From contig CP064995.1 of the NCBI GenBank assembly GCA_016700015.1, positions 930,001 to 962,000 on the forward strand: a DNA stretch of 32,000 nt, given 5' to 3'. The stretch comes from Candidatus Saccharimonadota bacterium. Its GTDB lineage: Bacteria; Patescibacteriota; Saccharimonadia; Saccharimonadales; Saccharimonadaceae. This document shows positions 6,255 through 15,485 of this stretch, in pieces. Both the position numbers and the translations under genes were made by a program. Under the pieces are notes generated by a model, which worked only from the letters and a program-made list of their open reading frames with translations, made no database searches and was not told the origin of the DNA. Positions within the stretch are counted from its first letter, which is position 1, and every line of letters starts with the position of its first letter.

Positions 6255-7025
6255 ATGACGAATATCACACACGCAGCAAAACAATCACTTCGAAAACTCA
6301 ATATCGCCGCCGCGGTGTTTCACCTAGCGCTAGCACTATTTGTGCTGTACTGCTCGAACTCGTTTTCACTGCCGGTGACAGCGACGTACCTGGCGGGCCC
6401 TCCTGGCTCAATGTATACAGACCCAGTCACGTTGTTTGATGTGCGAGTGGGTTACGCCGTAGCGCTGTTTTTGGGGCTGTCGGCATTTTTCCACGTACTG
6501 GTGGCATCGAAGGCGTTCTTCGGGCGCTATATTACCGGTCTTAGCAACACAATCAATGTGTTTCGTTGGGTTGAGTACTCGATCAGCTCGACACTGATGA
6601 TTTTGCTTATCGCGCAGATTACGGGGATTAGTGATTATGGCGCGCTTCTCGGCATAGCTGGGGTAAATGTATCGATGATCTTGTTCGGCTGGCTGCAAGA
6701 AAAGTATACGCGTCCAGGCTCACGTGAATGGCTGCCCTTTATATTTGGTTGTATTGCAGGAATCGTGCCGTGGCTTATCGTGCTTATTTCGGTACTATCA
6801 CCCAACTCGCCGTCTGACGCTACACCGCCAGCGTTTGTCTACGGTATTATTGTGTCGATATTCCTTCTGTTTAATTCATTCGCACTGGTTCAGTACAAGC
6901 AGTACCGAGCACTCGGAAAGTGGAAAGACTATTTGCGCGGTGAGCGTGCGTATATCGTACTAAGCTTCACTGCCAAAGCAGCACTGGCGATTCAGATCTT
7001 TGCCAACACGCTAATCCCGAACTAA
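6255..7025 (+). CDS. Heliorhodopsin
   Basis: 256 aa, 7 TM. Long blocks match what I remember of heliorhodopsin 48C12: NVFRWVEYSISS (E107), ILFGWLQEKYT, LPFIFGCIAGIVPW, FVYGIIVSIFLLFNSFALVQYKQY and YLRGERAYIVLSFTAKAALAIQIF (K241, codon 6975-6977). Confidence 0.93.
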   Translation: MTNITHAAKQSLRKLNIAAAVFHLALALFVLYCSNSFSLPVTATYLAGPPGSMYTDPVTLFDVRVGYAVALFLGLSAFFHVLVASKAFFGRYITGLSNTINVFRWVEYSISSTLMILLIAQITGISDYGALLGIAGVNVSMILFGWLQEKYTRPGSREWLPFIFGCIAGIVPWLIVLISVLSPNSPSDATPPAFVYGIIVSIFLLFNSFALVQYKQYRALGKWKDYLRGERAYIVLSFTAKAALAIQIFANTLIPN

Positions 7026-7066
7026 TAGTCTGGCAAGTTGTTGACATAGCATATTTTTCGATTGTC

Positions 7067-7075
7067 TGATATACT
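7067..7075 (+). promoter_or_regulatory. Extended -10 promoter giving a ~120-nt 5' UTR for the RRM gene
   Basis: TGaTATACT (7067-7075). A TTGACA at 7041-7046 is 23 nt upstream, so not at canonical spacing. An SD (gaaagg) lies before ATG 7202. Confidence 0.4.
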
Positions 7076-7201
7076 AGTGATAGCAAGTTATTCTACTCCT
7101 TAACCAAGCGTACAAGTGTGGCACCAAACTCATTTTATTCTCGGCTACTGCACTAGACCCTATCTCGCACAATATTAGCTGATAGAAAGGTTCATGTACC
7201 C

Positions 7202-7507
7202 ATGGCAACAAAATTATATGTAGGAAAATTGTCCTTCAATACCACAAATGATAGCTTGAACGCGCTGTTTGCGCAGTTCGGCACCGTAGTCAGTGCCGAA
7301 GTCGCTACCGACCGAGAAACTGGTCGCTCGCGCGGCTTTGGATTTGTCGAAATGGAAAACGACGCTGATGCACAAAAAGCGATTGAGACACTTGATGGTA
7401 AAGACTTTGAGGAGCGTACCATTGTGGTGAATATCGCTAAACCGCGCGAGGATCGTCCACGCCCACAGGGTGGCGGAGATTATCGTGGTGGCTTTGGTCG
7501 TCGCTAA
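7202..7507 (+). CDS. RRM-type RNA-binding protein with Gly/Arg-rich tail
   Basis: RNP-2 'LYVGKL', RNP-1 'RGFGFVEM', and a C-terminal 'GGGDYRGGFGRR'. Confidence 0.92.
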   Translation: MATKLYVGKLSFNTTNDSLNALFAQFGTVVSAEVATDRETGRSRGFGFVEMENDADAQKAIETLDGKDFEERTIVVNIAKPREDRPRPQGGGDYRGGFGRR

Positions 7508-7528
7508 TACCCAGGAGTATCAATACTC

Positions 7529-8026
7529 ATGTCACTCTATGTAGGTAGCTCAAAAAACGGGCATCGTGTTGAAGTTGACCTGGCAAGCTCGTACGCCGCC
7601 GAGGCAATCTCGCGGCACCCGCACCTGGTTACACTGGCTGGTGAGGCACTCCGAACCATCACACTAAACGGTGAGCGCGTCGTAGTGACACATGATATGC
7701 AGCACACTATCGGCTATGATTTCGTGATTGAAGCTGTCAACAGGGATAGTGTGTTTTATGCACAGCTAGCGAAGGAGACGGTGTATGTTCCCTTCACGAA
7801 AATCGATAAACCAATACCCACACAGTTGATAACGATGGTGTTTGTTCGTAGCCAACTCGACAAATGCTACTACGCAGACGATATTTACATGGGCACACCG
7901 AAGCCCGCGCTACCAGGCAGCCTTAACGAATCGTCTAAGAGTAAGCCCTATTGGCACAAGCACGCCTATATTTATGGTAATCAGCTCATAAAAGCGAGCA
8001 CGATTACGCGGACATCTCCGTACTAA
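7529..8026 (+). CDS. Hypothetical protein
   Basis: 165-aa ORF with an SD (AGGAG) upstream, 21 nt after the RRM gene. I recognise no motif. Confidence 0.5.
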   Translation: MSLYVGSSKNGHRVEVDLASSYAAEAISRHPHLVTLAGEALRTITLNGERVVVTHDMQHTIGYDFVIEAVNRDSVFYAQLAKETVYVPFTKIDKPIPTQLITMVFVRSQLDKCYYADDIYMGTPKPALPGSLNESSKSKPYWHKHAYIYGNQLIKASTITRTSPY

Positions 8027-8074
8027 GCGTCACCCCTAAATACTCGTCGACATTAGATTAAAGAAAGGACTAGT

Positions 8075-9073
8075 ATGATTTCATTTGTATGGCCACCTGG
8101 TGAGCCAATGCTTGGAGGTACCGGTGGTTCAGAGACCTACACGGCGGGGCACGTTCGTGAGCTGTTGCGGCGCGGTATCGATGCACAGGTGGTTACAATC
8201 GGTCATGGCATCAAAGACGGCCGTCAGGACTTTCGTGACGTGCCGTTTGTGTCGTTTGCAGACGAGAAGTCTATAGGTCAACTGGTCGGAACTGTGGTTT
8301 TTGTGAACAAAGCCTATCACGTTCCAACCCAACGCAAGTCGGCTATTATTCTACACTGTTCGATACCTAAGGTGACAGATCGACAACGGTATCAATCCTA
8401 TATTGTCGATAAGACAGTTATCGCCACCAGTGTCTACAGTGCGCAGCAATGGGCACTTTATCTCGATATACCGTATGCTCGTATCAATGTCGTCTTGCCA
8501 TTTGCCGACCCAAAGTATGGTGCTGTGATACGTCATAAGCCGTCAAAATATACGCGCATTGTCTATGCTGGCAGGCTACATCCCGAGAAGGGTATATACA
8601 CAATACTTGAAATGATGCACCAGCAGGACATGCAGAATCACGAATATCGACTAGCTATTGTTACAGCAGGACAGCACGTAGCGGTTGGTCGCGAGATTGC
8701 GCGTATGTTGCAAGGACATCCTTTTGCACGGCTTATTCCTGCAAAGAAATCGGTTAATGAGATGGCCGAACTACTCGCACACGTCGATGTACTACTCATG
8801 CCATCGGTGTTTGCTGAACCGTTTGGGATGCTTTCGATCGAAGCGCAGCATGCCGGGTGTCGTGTTGTTGCGAGCAATGTAGGGGGTTTGCCAGAAACCA
8901 ATTGTGGATTGCTCACTCTCGTTGAGCCGCGAAGCCCACTGGCTCTTATGACCGGTATCAAGCAAGCGCGTGCTCTCGGGAGCGCGACCAGAAGAGAGCG
9001 TGACCAAGCTAGGCGTGAATTTCGTCTTGATGATTCAGTTGACGGACTGCTGATGGCGTTGAAACACAACTAA
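8075..9073 (+). CDS. Glycosyltransferase family 4 (GT-B)
   Basis: N-terminal 'GGTGGSETY' and C-terminal 'EPFGMLSIEAQHAGCRVVASNVGGLPE' (EX7E-type motif). An SD (aaagaaagga) lies upstream. Confidence 0.85.
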   Translation: MISFVWPPGEPMLGGTGGSETYTAGHVRELLRRGIDAQVVTIGHGIKDGRQDFRDVPFVSFADEKSIGQLVGTVVFVNKAYHVPTQRKSAIILHCSIPKVTDRQRYQSYIVDKTVIATSVYSAQQWALYLDIPYARINVVLPFADPKYGAVIRHKPSKYTRIVYAGRLHPEKGIYTILEMMHQQDMQNHEYRLAIVTAGQHVAVGREIARMLQGHPFARLIPAKKSVNEMAELLAHVDVLLMPSVFAEPFGMLSIEAQHAGCRVVASNVGGLPETNCGLLTLVEPRSPLALMTGIKQARALGSATRRERDQARREFRLDDSVDGLLMALKHN

Positions 9074-9165
9074 TATTTTTATTATGTCAGCTATACTATA
9101 TACGCCAGCCAGAAAGTTTTGTATAACTAAGAGTACATATAACCATAGGAGGATGTTTGCATAAT

Positions 9166-9780
9166 ATGAGAGGCAAATTAAATATTACCAGTGTAGTCTT
9201 AGCTGTGCTTGTAGCAACTCTGGCGGTTATTGGCGCTTCATTTCCGGCTAGCGCTGCCGTAAAAGCACCCGCTAAACCTTCACTAACCGCAAGCTCCGTG
9301 TCAATTCTGCAGGGAGAGAGCGTGACCCTGAGCTGGTCGAGCCAGCGCGCATCATACTGTACACTCTTTCCAACTGGAAAAACGATTATGGGCTCGTCTG
9401 CGAGCTATACAATCAATAACCTAGTTGGCACAACTGGCTTTTATGTGACTTGTGTAAATAGTTCTGGAAGGGCGACTTCTAATGTCGTGACAGTATCGGT
9501 GGCGTCTTCAAATACACCCATGATTACCGCGTTCGTTGCGAGCCCAAGCTCCATCCTCTACGGAGAGTCAACCACACTTAATTGGTCCACGGTCAATGTT
9601 GTTGACGGGGACTGCTCGCTGAGCTCGCATGGGGTTTCGGGCCTTCCGGCGTCGGGTAGTTACACAACTGGACCACTTAAAGAAACGCAAACGTATACAC
9701 TAACATGTACTAATGGTTCGGGCACGTCTAGCCAGACCATTACTGTTTTCGTAGTTGATGTGATCGCACTAGGTTTCTAG
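9166..9780 (+). CDS. Secreted protein with two tandem Ig-like/Cys-pair repeats
   Basis: The start is taken at ATG 9166, 13 nt after AGGAGG at 9147-9152. Signal peptide ...ASFPASA/AV. The two repeats are 'SILQGESVTLSWSS...YCTL...YVTCVNSSG' and 'SILYGESTTLNWST...DCSL...TLTCTNGSG'. Confidence 0.7.
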   Translation: MRGKLNITSVVLAVLVATLAVIGASFPASAAVKAPAKPSLTASSVSILQGESVTLSWSSQRASYCTLFPTGKTIMGSSASYTINNLVGTTGFYVTCVNSSGRATSNVVTVSVASSNTPMITAFVASPSSILYGESTTLNWSTVNVVDGDCSLSSHGVSGLPASGSYTTGPLKETQTYTLTCTNGSGTSSQTITVFVVDVIALGF

Positions 9781-9812
9781 TATCACAAAATACCTCGCCC
9801 TGAAATTTGGCG

Positions 9813-11252
9813 CTACATCCAGCTGGTATGGAGTGGTCGGCCCTCGTCATACCCGGCTGTCGATTGAATGCCAATGATGGCATTTGCGCTAAATTCGTCG
9901 AGAGTTGCTGCGTCTGAATAGGTCATGGCGCTGCGTAGCCCTGAGGCGATTTTGTCGAGGATATCTTCTACCCCTGGGGCAGATGGGTCAAGATAGATGC
10001 GTGATTCCGAGATACCTTCCTGAAACAGTTCTTTACGGGCTTGATCAAACGGTGTTTCACGTGCATTACGATTTTTGACGGCACGATGTGATGCCATGCC
10101 GTAGTTAACCTTATACAGCCGCCCCTCATTATCGCGTATCATATCGGCGGCACTTTCGTGGGTGCCGGTGAGCCAGGAGGCAAACATAACTGAACTAGCG
10201 CCAGCCGCGAGAGCGAGCGCAACATCACGAGGGTGGCGAATGCCGCCGTCGGCAACGACGTGTTTGCCAAGGGAGCGAGCAGCCTGGGCGCACTCATAAA
10301 CAGCCGAAAACTGTGGGCGTCCGACGCCCGTCATCATCCTTGTTGTGCACATAGCACCTGGTCCAATCCCGACTTTGACGATATCGGCACCGGCATTCAG
10401 CAGTTCAGTGGTCGCCTCCGCAGTAGCGACATTGCCGGCAACAATCGGCACTGACGGCAGCGCGGCGCGGACGGCACCAATGGCATCAATCATCTTTTGC
10501 TGATGCCCATGGGCGGTGTCGATGACGATAATATCCGCACCGTGCTCGACAAGAAATTTTGCTTTAGCGACAACATCTCCATTGATACCAACCGCCACCG
10601 CAACAAGTAACCTGCCTTTTGCATCGAGTGCCGGTTTATACAAGGTCGAGCGCAGTGCAGACTTTTTTGTGGCACATCCTACTAGCTTGCCAGAACGATT
10701 GACAACCGGCACAAAGGTAAGTCGGTGCGTATCTAGTGTTGTGTAGATAGTGTCAGGCTTGGCAGTATCGCGCACTGTGATGAGATGGGTTTGCATGATA
10801 TCGCCAAGGCGGGTAAAACGGTCGAGACTACCGAGCATACGCTCGCTAACGACCCCAACAGGCTTACCATTCTCGACAATAATCGCATGACCATGCGACC
10901 GTTTTGGGATGAGGCTCAGCGCGTCATTGACGGTCTGAGTGCGGGTGAGTGTGATAGGCGTATCGAATACTGGGTGACACGACTTCACGTAACTAATCAT
11001 ACTTGCAAGCATATCGGGTGGCGTGTCTTGTGGGAGTACTGTGACGGCACCGCGCCGTGCGGTCACCTCGGCCATCCGTTTTCCCGCCACTGCCGTCATA
11101 TTTGAGACCATGATCGGTAGCGGTAGGGCTAATGGGTCGGGTGTTGTTAGGCTAACATCTTGGCGTGACGAAATGGTGGTTTTGCGTGGCACCAAAAACA
11201 CATCATTGTAGGTGAGTTCGGTTGTCGGTGGTTGGTCATGGAGAAACTGCAC
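9813..11252 (-). CDS. IMP dehydrogenase/GMP reductase family protein with a CBS pair (GuaB1-type)
   Basis: '[10 protein letters not shown]', the catalytic loop '[11 protein letters not shown]', '[21 protein letters not shown]', and the C-terminus '...[12 protein letters not shown]' typical of the GuaB1 subgroup. GTG start with GAGGA 8 nt upstream. Confidence 0.9.
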   Translation of the reverse strand: MQFLHDQPPTTELTYNDVFLVPRKTTISSRQDVSLTTPDPLALPLPIMVSNMTAVAGKRMAEVTARRGAVTVLPQDTPPDMLASMISYVKSCHPVFDTPITLTRTQTVNDALSLIPKRSHGHAIIVENGKPVGVVSERMLGSLDRFTRLGDIMQTHLITVRDTAKPDTIYTTLDTHRLTFVPVVNRSGKLVGCATKKSALRSTLYKPALDAKGRLLVAVAVGINGDVVAKAKFLVEHGADIIVIDTAHGHQQKMIDAIGAVRAALPSVPIVAGNVATAEATTELLNAGADIVKVGIGPGAMCTTRMMTGVGRPQFSAVYECAQAARSLGKHVVADGGIRHPRDVALALAAGASSVMFASWLTGTHESAADMIRDNEGRLYKVNYGMASHRAVKNRNARETPFDQARKELFQEGISESRIYLDPSAPGVEDILDKIASGLRSAMTYSDAATLDEFSANAIIGIQSTAGYDEGRPLHTSWM

Positions 11253-11367
11253 TCGGGTTATCCTCAGTTATATTATCTCAGTTCCTATTGTATCGAGTAT
11301 GCAATGATCTACAACCATAGACAAGATGGCAACTCTCTTATCAGTGGCGACGATAACACCTTTAGTA

Positions 11368-11373
11368 TACAAT
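11368..11373 (+). promoter_or_regulatory. -10 box close to ATG 11382
   Basis: TACAAT, then 8 nt (gaggccca), then ATG. The spacing is slightly longer than in the other cases. Confidence 0.3.
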
Positions 11374-11381
11374 GAGGCCCA

Positions 11382-12428
11382 ATGAGCACAGTTGTATTGC
11401 GGGATAAGGTTTTGCATGCAGTCGATGCGTATATCAAGCTACTTCTCCAACAGCGGCGTGACCGTGCTGTGAGTATTGGGCACTCATACGAAGCACTGTG
11501 GTCGCATACTAGTAATATGGTGATGAATGGCGGAAAACGGATCCGACCATACCTTACGTTTGTGGGGTATGGTGCGTATGATGAGCGACTGGTGCCAGTT
11601 GCGGCTGCTCAGGAACTCGCGCATGTCGCAATGCTAATGCATGATGATATCATCGACCAGGACGATGTCCGCAGAGGAGTGCCAAATATGAACGGCATCT
11701 ATAAATCGCTCTATGGTGGTTATCTCGATACACAACTCTCGACACATTACGCACACGCGGCGGCAATGCTAGCGGGCGATGCGCTGCTGTCTGAGGCCTA
11801 TCGTTTGGTGTATAGTGCCGGCTATGACCAGGCAGTGACGACACAGGTTGTCGCTCAACTTCATGAATCGATCTACGAAGTTATTGGCGGTGAATTGCTT
11901 GATGTCGAAGCCGGGTTTGTGACCGATACTGTGTTTGATCCGCTGATCGTCTATCGCTACAAGACATCGAGCTATAGTTTTATCGGGCCACTGCTGTCGG
12001 GCGCGTATTGTGCCGGTGTTGACGAGGCAACCATTGAAACACTTCGACAATATGCTATAAACGTCGGTATTGCGTTTCAAATCGAGGACGATTTACTCGG
12101 CGTTTTCGGTAATGAATCAGCGACGGGTAAGTCGAACGAAACAGATTTGCGAGAAGGCAAGTTGACCGCTCTTATCACCTATCACAGAGAAGGTATGAAT
12201 GATGAGCAGCGGCAACGGTTTGCCGTATTCGGCAACGCCGATGCCTCTTCGGCTGAGTTAGCTGCTCTTAGGGTAGATCTTGAAGCGTCGGGCGCGCGTC
12301 AAAAAACACGTCAGCTCGCTGAGCGATATTTCACTACTGCTATGCAGCACTTGCAGGCACTTGAGCCAGGGCCGCGTCGCACGGAACTAGAGCAGTTTAC
12401 ACGGCAGCTCAGAGGTAGGCAGGTCTAG
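11382..12428 (+). CDS. trans-Polyprenyl diphosphate synthase (FPP/GGPP synthase family)
   Basis: First Asp-rich motif 'MLMHDDIIDQDDVRRG'; second 'FQIEDDLLGVFG'; 'GKxxxxDLxEGK'. Confidence 0.9.
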   Translation: MSTVVLRDKVLHAVDAYIKLLLQQRRDRAVSIGHSYEALWSHTSNMVMNGGKRIRPYLTFVGYGAYDERLVPVAAAQELAHVAMLMHDDIIDQDDVRRGVPNMNGIYKSLYGGYLDTQLSTHYAHAAAMLAGDALLSEAYRLVYSAGYDQAVTTQVVAQLHESIYEVIGGELLDVEAGFVTDTVFDPLIVYRYKTSSYSFIGPLLSGAYCAGVDEATIETLRQYAINVGIAFQIEDDLLGVFGNESATGKSNETDLREGKLTALITYHREGMNDEQRQRFAVFGNADASSAELAALRVDLEASGARQKTRQLAERYFTTAMQHLQALEPGPRRTELEQFTRQLRGRQV

Positions 12429-12612
12429 CAACTCCGTACCTCATTGCCCTCACCAAGGCTCGTCAGCTGGTGTGCATGAGTATTTGTGTATAGGGATGCT
12501 CGGCTATATGGCGCTAGTGTTGACGCTCTGAGTAGGTGAAAGCATCGCACGGATTAAGGTTAAGTTGTAATAATCACAACGGTATGTACGTGACACTTGC
12601 GATCCGGACGCC

Positions 12613-12621
12613 TGCTATAAT
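12613..12621 (+). promoter_or_regulatory. Extended -10 promoter for the DUF1801 operon
   Basis: TGcTATAAT, followed by a short UTR with AGGAGG (12634-12639) before ATG 12644. Confidence 0.45.
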
Positions 12622-12643
12622 GAGGCTACCAACAGGAGGTGCT

Positions 12644-13075
12644 ATGAGTACATCGAGCGACATTAAAACCAAGCCAACTGACGTCAGTGTCGATGAGTTT
12701 ATCGACGCAGTAGCGGAGCCGCGCCGGTCAGAAGCCCGGCGGGTACTGGCAATTATGAGAGAAGTGACTGGGGTTGAACCAGTCATGTGGGGTTCGAGTA
12801 TGATTGGCTTTGGCAGCTATCATTATAAGTACGAGTCTGGTCGTGAGGGCGATATGCTCAAAGTCGGCTTCTCGCCCCGTAAATCCGCACTGGTACTCTA
12901 TGGACTGGTTTTCTACGACGAAAACGAACCAAACAACAAACTTCTCGAAAAGCTTGGTCCGCATACGCGCGGCAAGGGTTGCCTTTATATCAAAAAACTT
13001 TCCGATATCGATGAGTCGGTCTTGCGTACCATGATCAAAAATTCATATTCTCATACAACTTCAGCCGCATCATGA
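12644..13075 (+). CDS. DUF1801 (YdhG-like) domain protein
   Basis: The start at ATG 12644 has a perfect AGGAGG SD. 'PVMWGSSMIGFGSYHYKYESGREGD...GFSPRKSALVLY' is the remembered DUF1801 pattern. Confidence 0.8.
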   Translation: MSTSSDIKTKPTDVSVDEFIDAVAEPRRSEARRVLAIMREVTGVEPVMWGSSMIGFGSYHYKYESGREGDMLKVGFSPRKSALVLYGLVFYDENEPNNKLLEKLGPHTRGKGCLYIKKLSDIDESVLRTMIKNSYSHTTSAAS

Positions 13076-13410
13076 CAGTTGACGACTATATCGGACAATT
13101 CCACAGCGACGTACGTGAACGGCTTGAAACCATGCGCCGAACTATCCGTGAAGTTTCACCAGGCGCCGAAGAATCGATGGCCTATGGCATGCCAGCATAC
13201 AAACTACACGGTAAGCCGCTTGTTTACTTTGCTGGGTATAAAAACCACATCGGGTTCTACGCTACACCAAACGGTCACGAAACCTTCAAAACTGACTTTG
13301 CGAAGTATAAACAAGGCAAGGGTTCTGTGCAGTTTCCGCACGACCAACCATTGCCAGTCGATCTCGTGAGGCGAGTGGTTGTATATCGTGTCAAGCAATT
13401 AACAGTATAA
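13072..13410 (+). CDS. DUF1801 (YdhG-like) domain protein
   Basis: ATGA overlap with the upstream gene. 'VDDYI...LETMRRTIREVSPGAEESMAYGMPAYKLHGKPLVYFAGYKNHIGFY'. Confidence 0.8.
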   Translation: MTVDDYIGQFHSDVRERLETMRRTIREVSPGAEESMAYGMPAYKLHGKPLVYFAGYKNHIGFYATPNGHETFKTDFAKYKQGKGSVQFPHDQPLPVDLVRRVVVYRVKQLTV

Positions 13411-13421
13411 TAAGGAGGGAT

Positions 13422-13649
13422 ATGAAACAATCAGACAAAGTGTGTAGTTGCGAATACGACCACCACAGAAAGAGCAGGCGAAACTATAGCGGTAGCGGCA
13501 ACGCCGTCTACAGCCTTGGTGTGCTCGGTGCATTGGTCTACTATATCTCGACAGCCAGCGGTTTCTGGGTAGGCGTGCTCGGTGTGTTCAAAGCCATAGT
13601 CTGGCCAGCTTTTGTGGTATACGAAATAATGAAAATGCTGCAGATGTAA
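13422..13649 (+). CDS. Small membrane protein
   Basis: 75 aa, with an SD (AAGGAGGG) upstream. It has two hydrophobic spans: AVYSLGVLGALVYYI and FWVGVLGVFKAIVWPAFVVY. Confidence 0.6.
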   Translation: MKQSDKVCSCEYDHHRKSRRNYSGSGNAVYSLGVLGALVYYISTASGFWVGVLGVFKAIVWPAFVVYEIMKMLQM

Positions 13650-13650
13650 T

Positions 13651-14046
13651 ATGAGGGCGCAAGAAGGATATAGCGGTATGCCGCTTCTGCAAAAACTCGG
13701 CTACAAACCAGGAAAAATTTCGTATGTCGATAAGGTAGCACCGTATTATACCCACGTTTGTGACGACATAACACTTGGTGCGGCAGAGCCGTATGATTTT
13801 ATTCATATCTTCGTGAGAAACCATGACGAGCTTGTTCGTTCGTCTGGCCAAGCATTGCCGCTCCTGGCCAAGACGGGCAAATTGTGGGTGTCATGGCCTA
13901 AGCAGTCCGCCGAGGTTGCGACCGACCTGACCGGCAATACCGTCCGCGAATATATGCTGACTACTGGCCTTGTTGATGTTAAGGTTGCCGCCATCGACGC
14001 TACGTGGTCGGGTTTGCTGTTCGTCTACCGTGTCAAAGATAGATAA
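13651..14046 (+). CDS. DUF3052 family protein
   Basis: N-terminal 'GYSGMPLLQKLGYKPG' and C-terminal 'VDVKVAAIDATWSGLLFVYR', as remembered for DUF3052. Confidence 0.7.
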   Translation: MRAQEGYSGMPLLQKLGYKPGKISYVDKVAPYYTHVCDDITLGAAEPYDFIHIFVRNHDELVRSSGQALPLLAKTGKLWVSWPKQSAEVATDLTGNTVREYMLTTGLVDVKVAAIDATWSGLLFVYRVKDR

Positions 14047-14063
14047 CGCTCATCATGGCCAAC

Positions 14064-14072
14064 TGATATACT
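14064..14072 (+). promoter_or_regulatory. Extended -10 promoter abutting ATG 14079 (leaderless)
   Basis: TGaTATACT, then 6 nt (aggaca), then ATG. Confidence 0.5.
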
Positions 14073-14078
14073 AGGACA

Positions 14079-15380
14079 ATGAAGAATTTCTATCGTCTGC
14101 TAGTCAACACGCTCATCGCCAACGTCACGACAAGTTTTTTGTGGTTTGCGTTGACATTTTGGGTATATTTAGAGACAAAAAATGTTATGGCTACGGCAAT
14201 CATCGGCGGTAGCTATATGTTGATGCTGGCGGTCACCGGGCTATTTTTCGGAACATTGGTTGACCGCTTTCATAAAAAGCATGTTATGACGGTCGCATCT
14301 GCCATAACGGCACTTATGTACGGTTTAGGTGGCGCTATCTATGTATTTGTGCCTCATGAGCAGCTGCTTACAATAGGTGGTCCGTGGTTTTGGTTGTTTA
14401 CAACGATTATTTTGTGTGGCTGTATCGTTGAGAATAGCCGCAATATTGCCCTGAGTACCTGCGTGACAATTATGGTTCCTGAAGATAGGCGCGCGAACGC
14501 CAACGGGCTCGTCGGCATGGTGCAGGGTCTGGCTTTTATGATTACGTCGATATTTAGCGGGTTGGCCATTGGCTACCTCGGCATGGGTTGGACGCTGGTG
14601 ATTTCAATCGCACTGACAGTTTTTGCACTCATCGACTTGCTATTTGTAACAATCAACGAAAAACAGATCGTACACGACCCCAAACTCCAACAGAAACTGG
14701 TTGATTTCAGAGGCGCATGGTTGGCCATACGGGCCGTGCCGGGCCTGCTGGCACTGATATTGTTTGCAACATTTAACAATCTAGTCGGCGGGGTCTTTAT
14801 GACATTACTTGACCCATATGGATTGACACTTACCAGTGTGCAGATGTGGGGATTTGTCTATGCAATTTCGAGCCTCGGGTTTATGGTTGGTGGGGCACTC
14901 GTTGCTAAAATGGGGTTAGGTAAAAACCCGCTACGCGTACTATTGCTTGGTAACGTCGTCGTCGGGATCATTGGTTTTGTTATGGGTATCCGTGAGTCGT
15001 TGTGGTTACTCGCGGTCAGTATGTTTGCCTATATGTCGACGGTTCCAGTTATCGAAGCGGCCGAGCAAACGACATTGCAAAGAATCGTGCCGCTCAAAAA
15101 ACAAGGTCGGGTGTTTGGGTTTGGGCAAAGTGTCGAAGCTGCGGCCTCACCCGTCTCGGCCTACATGATTGGTCCGATTGCCCAGCTGTGGATCATTCCG
15201 TACATGGCAAGTCCCGAAGGCAAGGCGACCTGGGGCTGGCTGGTTGGGCAGGGCGAAGCGCGCGGTATGGCCCTTGTATTTATGGGTGCAAGTCTCATCA
15301 TGCTCATTGCAGCCCTCATGGCATTTCGATCGCGCGCGTATACGTCGTTGACTCACGAGTACAGGACGGATGAACGATGA
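14079..15380 (+). CDS. MFS transporter
   Basis: 433 aa with ~12 hydrophobic spans. 'GTLVDRFHKK' is the loop 2-3 motif typical of MFS efflux-type proteins. Confidence 0.85.
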   Translation: MKNFYRLLVNTLIANVTTSFLWFALTFWVYLETKNVMATAIIGGSYMLMLAVTGLFFGTLVDRFHKKHVMTVASAITALMYGLGGAIYVFVPHEQLLTIGGPWFWLFTTIILCGCIVENSRNIALSTCVTIMVPEDRRANANGLVGMVQGLAFMITSIFSGLAIGYLGMGWTLVISIALTVFALIDLLFVTINEKQIVHDPKLQQKLVDFRGAWLAIRAVPGLLALILFATFNNLVGGVFMTLLDPYGLTLTSVQMWGFVYAISSLGFMVGGALVAKMGLGKNPLRVLLLGNVVVGIIGFVMGIRESLWLLAVSMFAYMSTVPVIEAAEQTTLQRIVPLKKQGRVFGFGQSVEAAASPVSAYMIGPIAQLWIIPYMASPEGKATWGWLVGQGEARGMALVFMGASLIMLIAALMAFRSRAYTSLTHEYRTDER

Positions 15381-15485
15381 CTTTTTCGGTTTTCGACTGA
15401 TGACAGCGAGGCATCACTACGGGTATAAGTTACATGTGATATTACGAACGGTTACATAATAACAGAGGTAGCAAAAAGCAAATGG

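Noticed and set aside
11382-12428. The polyprenyl synthase as part of a retinal/carotenoid pathway feeding the heliorhodopsin.
   Set aside because: No crtB, crtI, crtY or blh-like genes are nearby. The enzyme family is generic, so chain length cannot be read by eye.
12536-12643. N-terminal extensions of track ORFs: 12536, 17222, 17805, 21611, 23301, 26766, 2918(-), 31316(-), 2902 and 9157.
   Set aside because: In each case an internal ATG is preceded by a proper SD or by the -10-N6 leaderless box, and it coincides with the start of the recognisable domain. The extensions overlap upstream genes or read through intergenic promoters.
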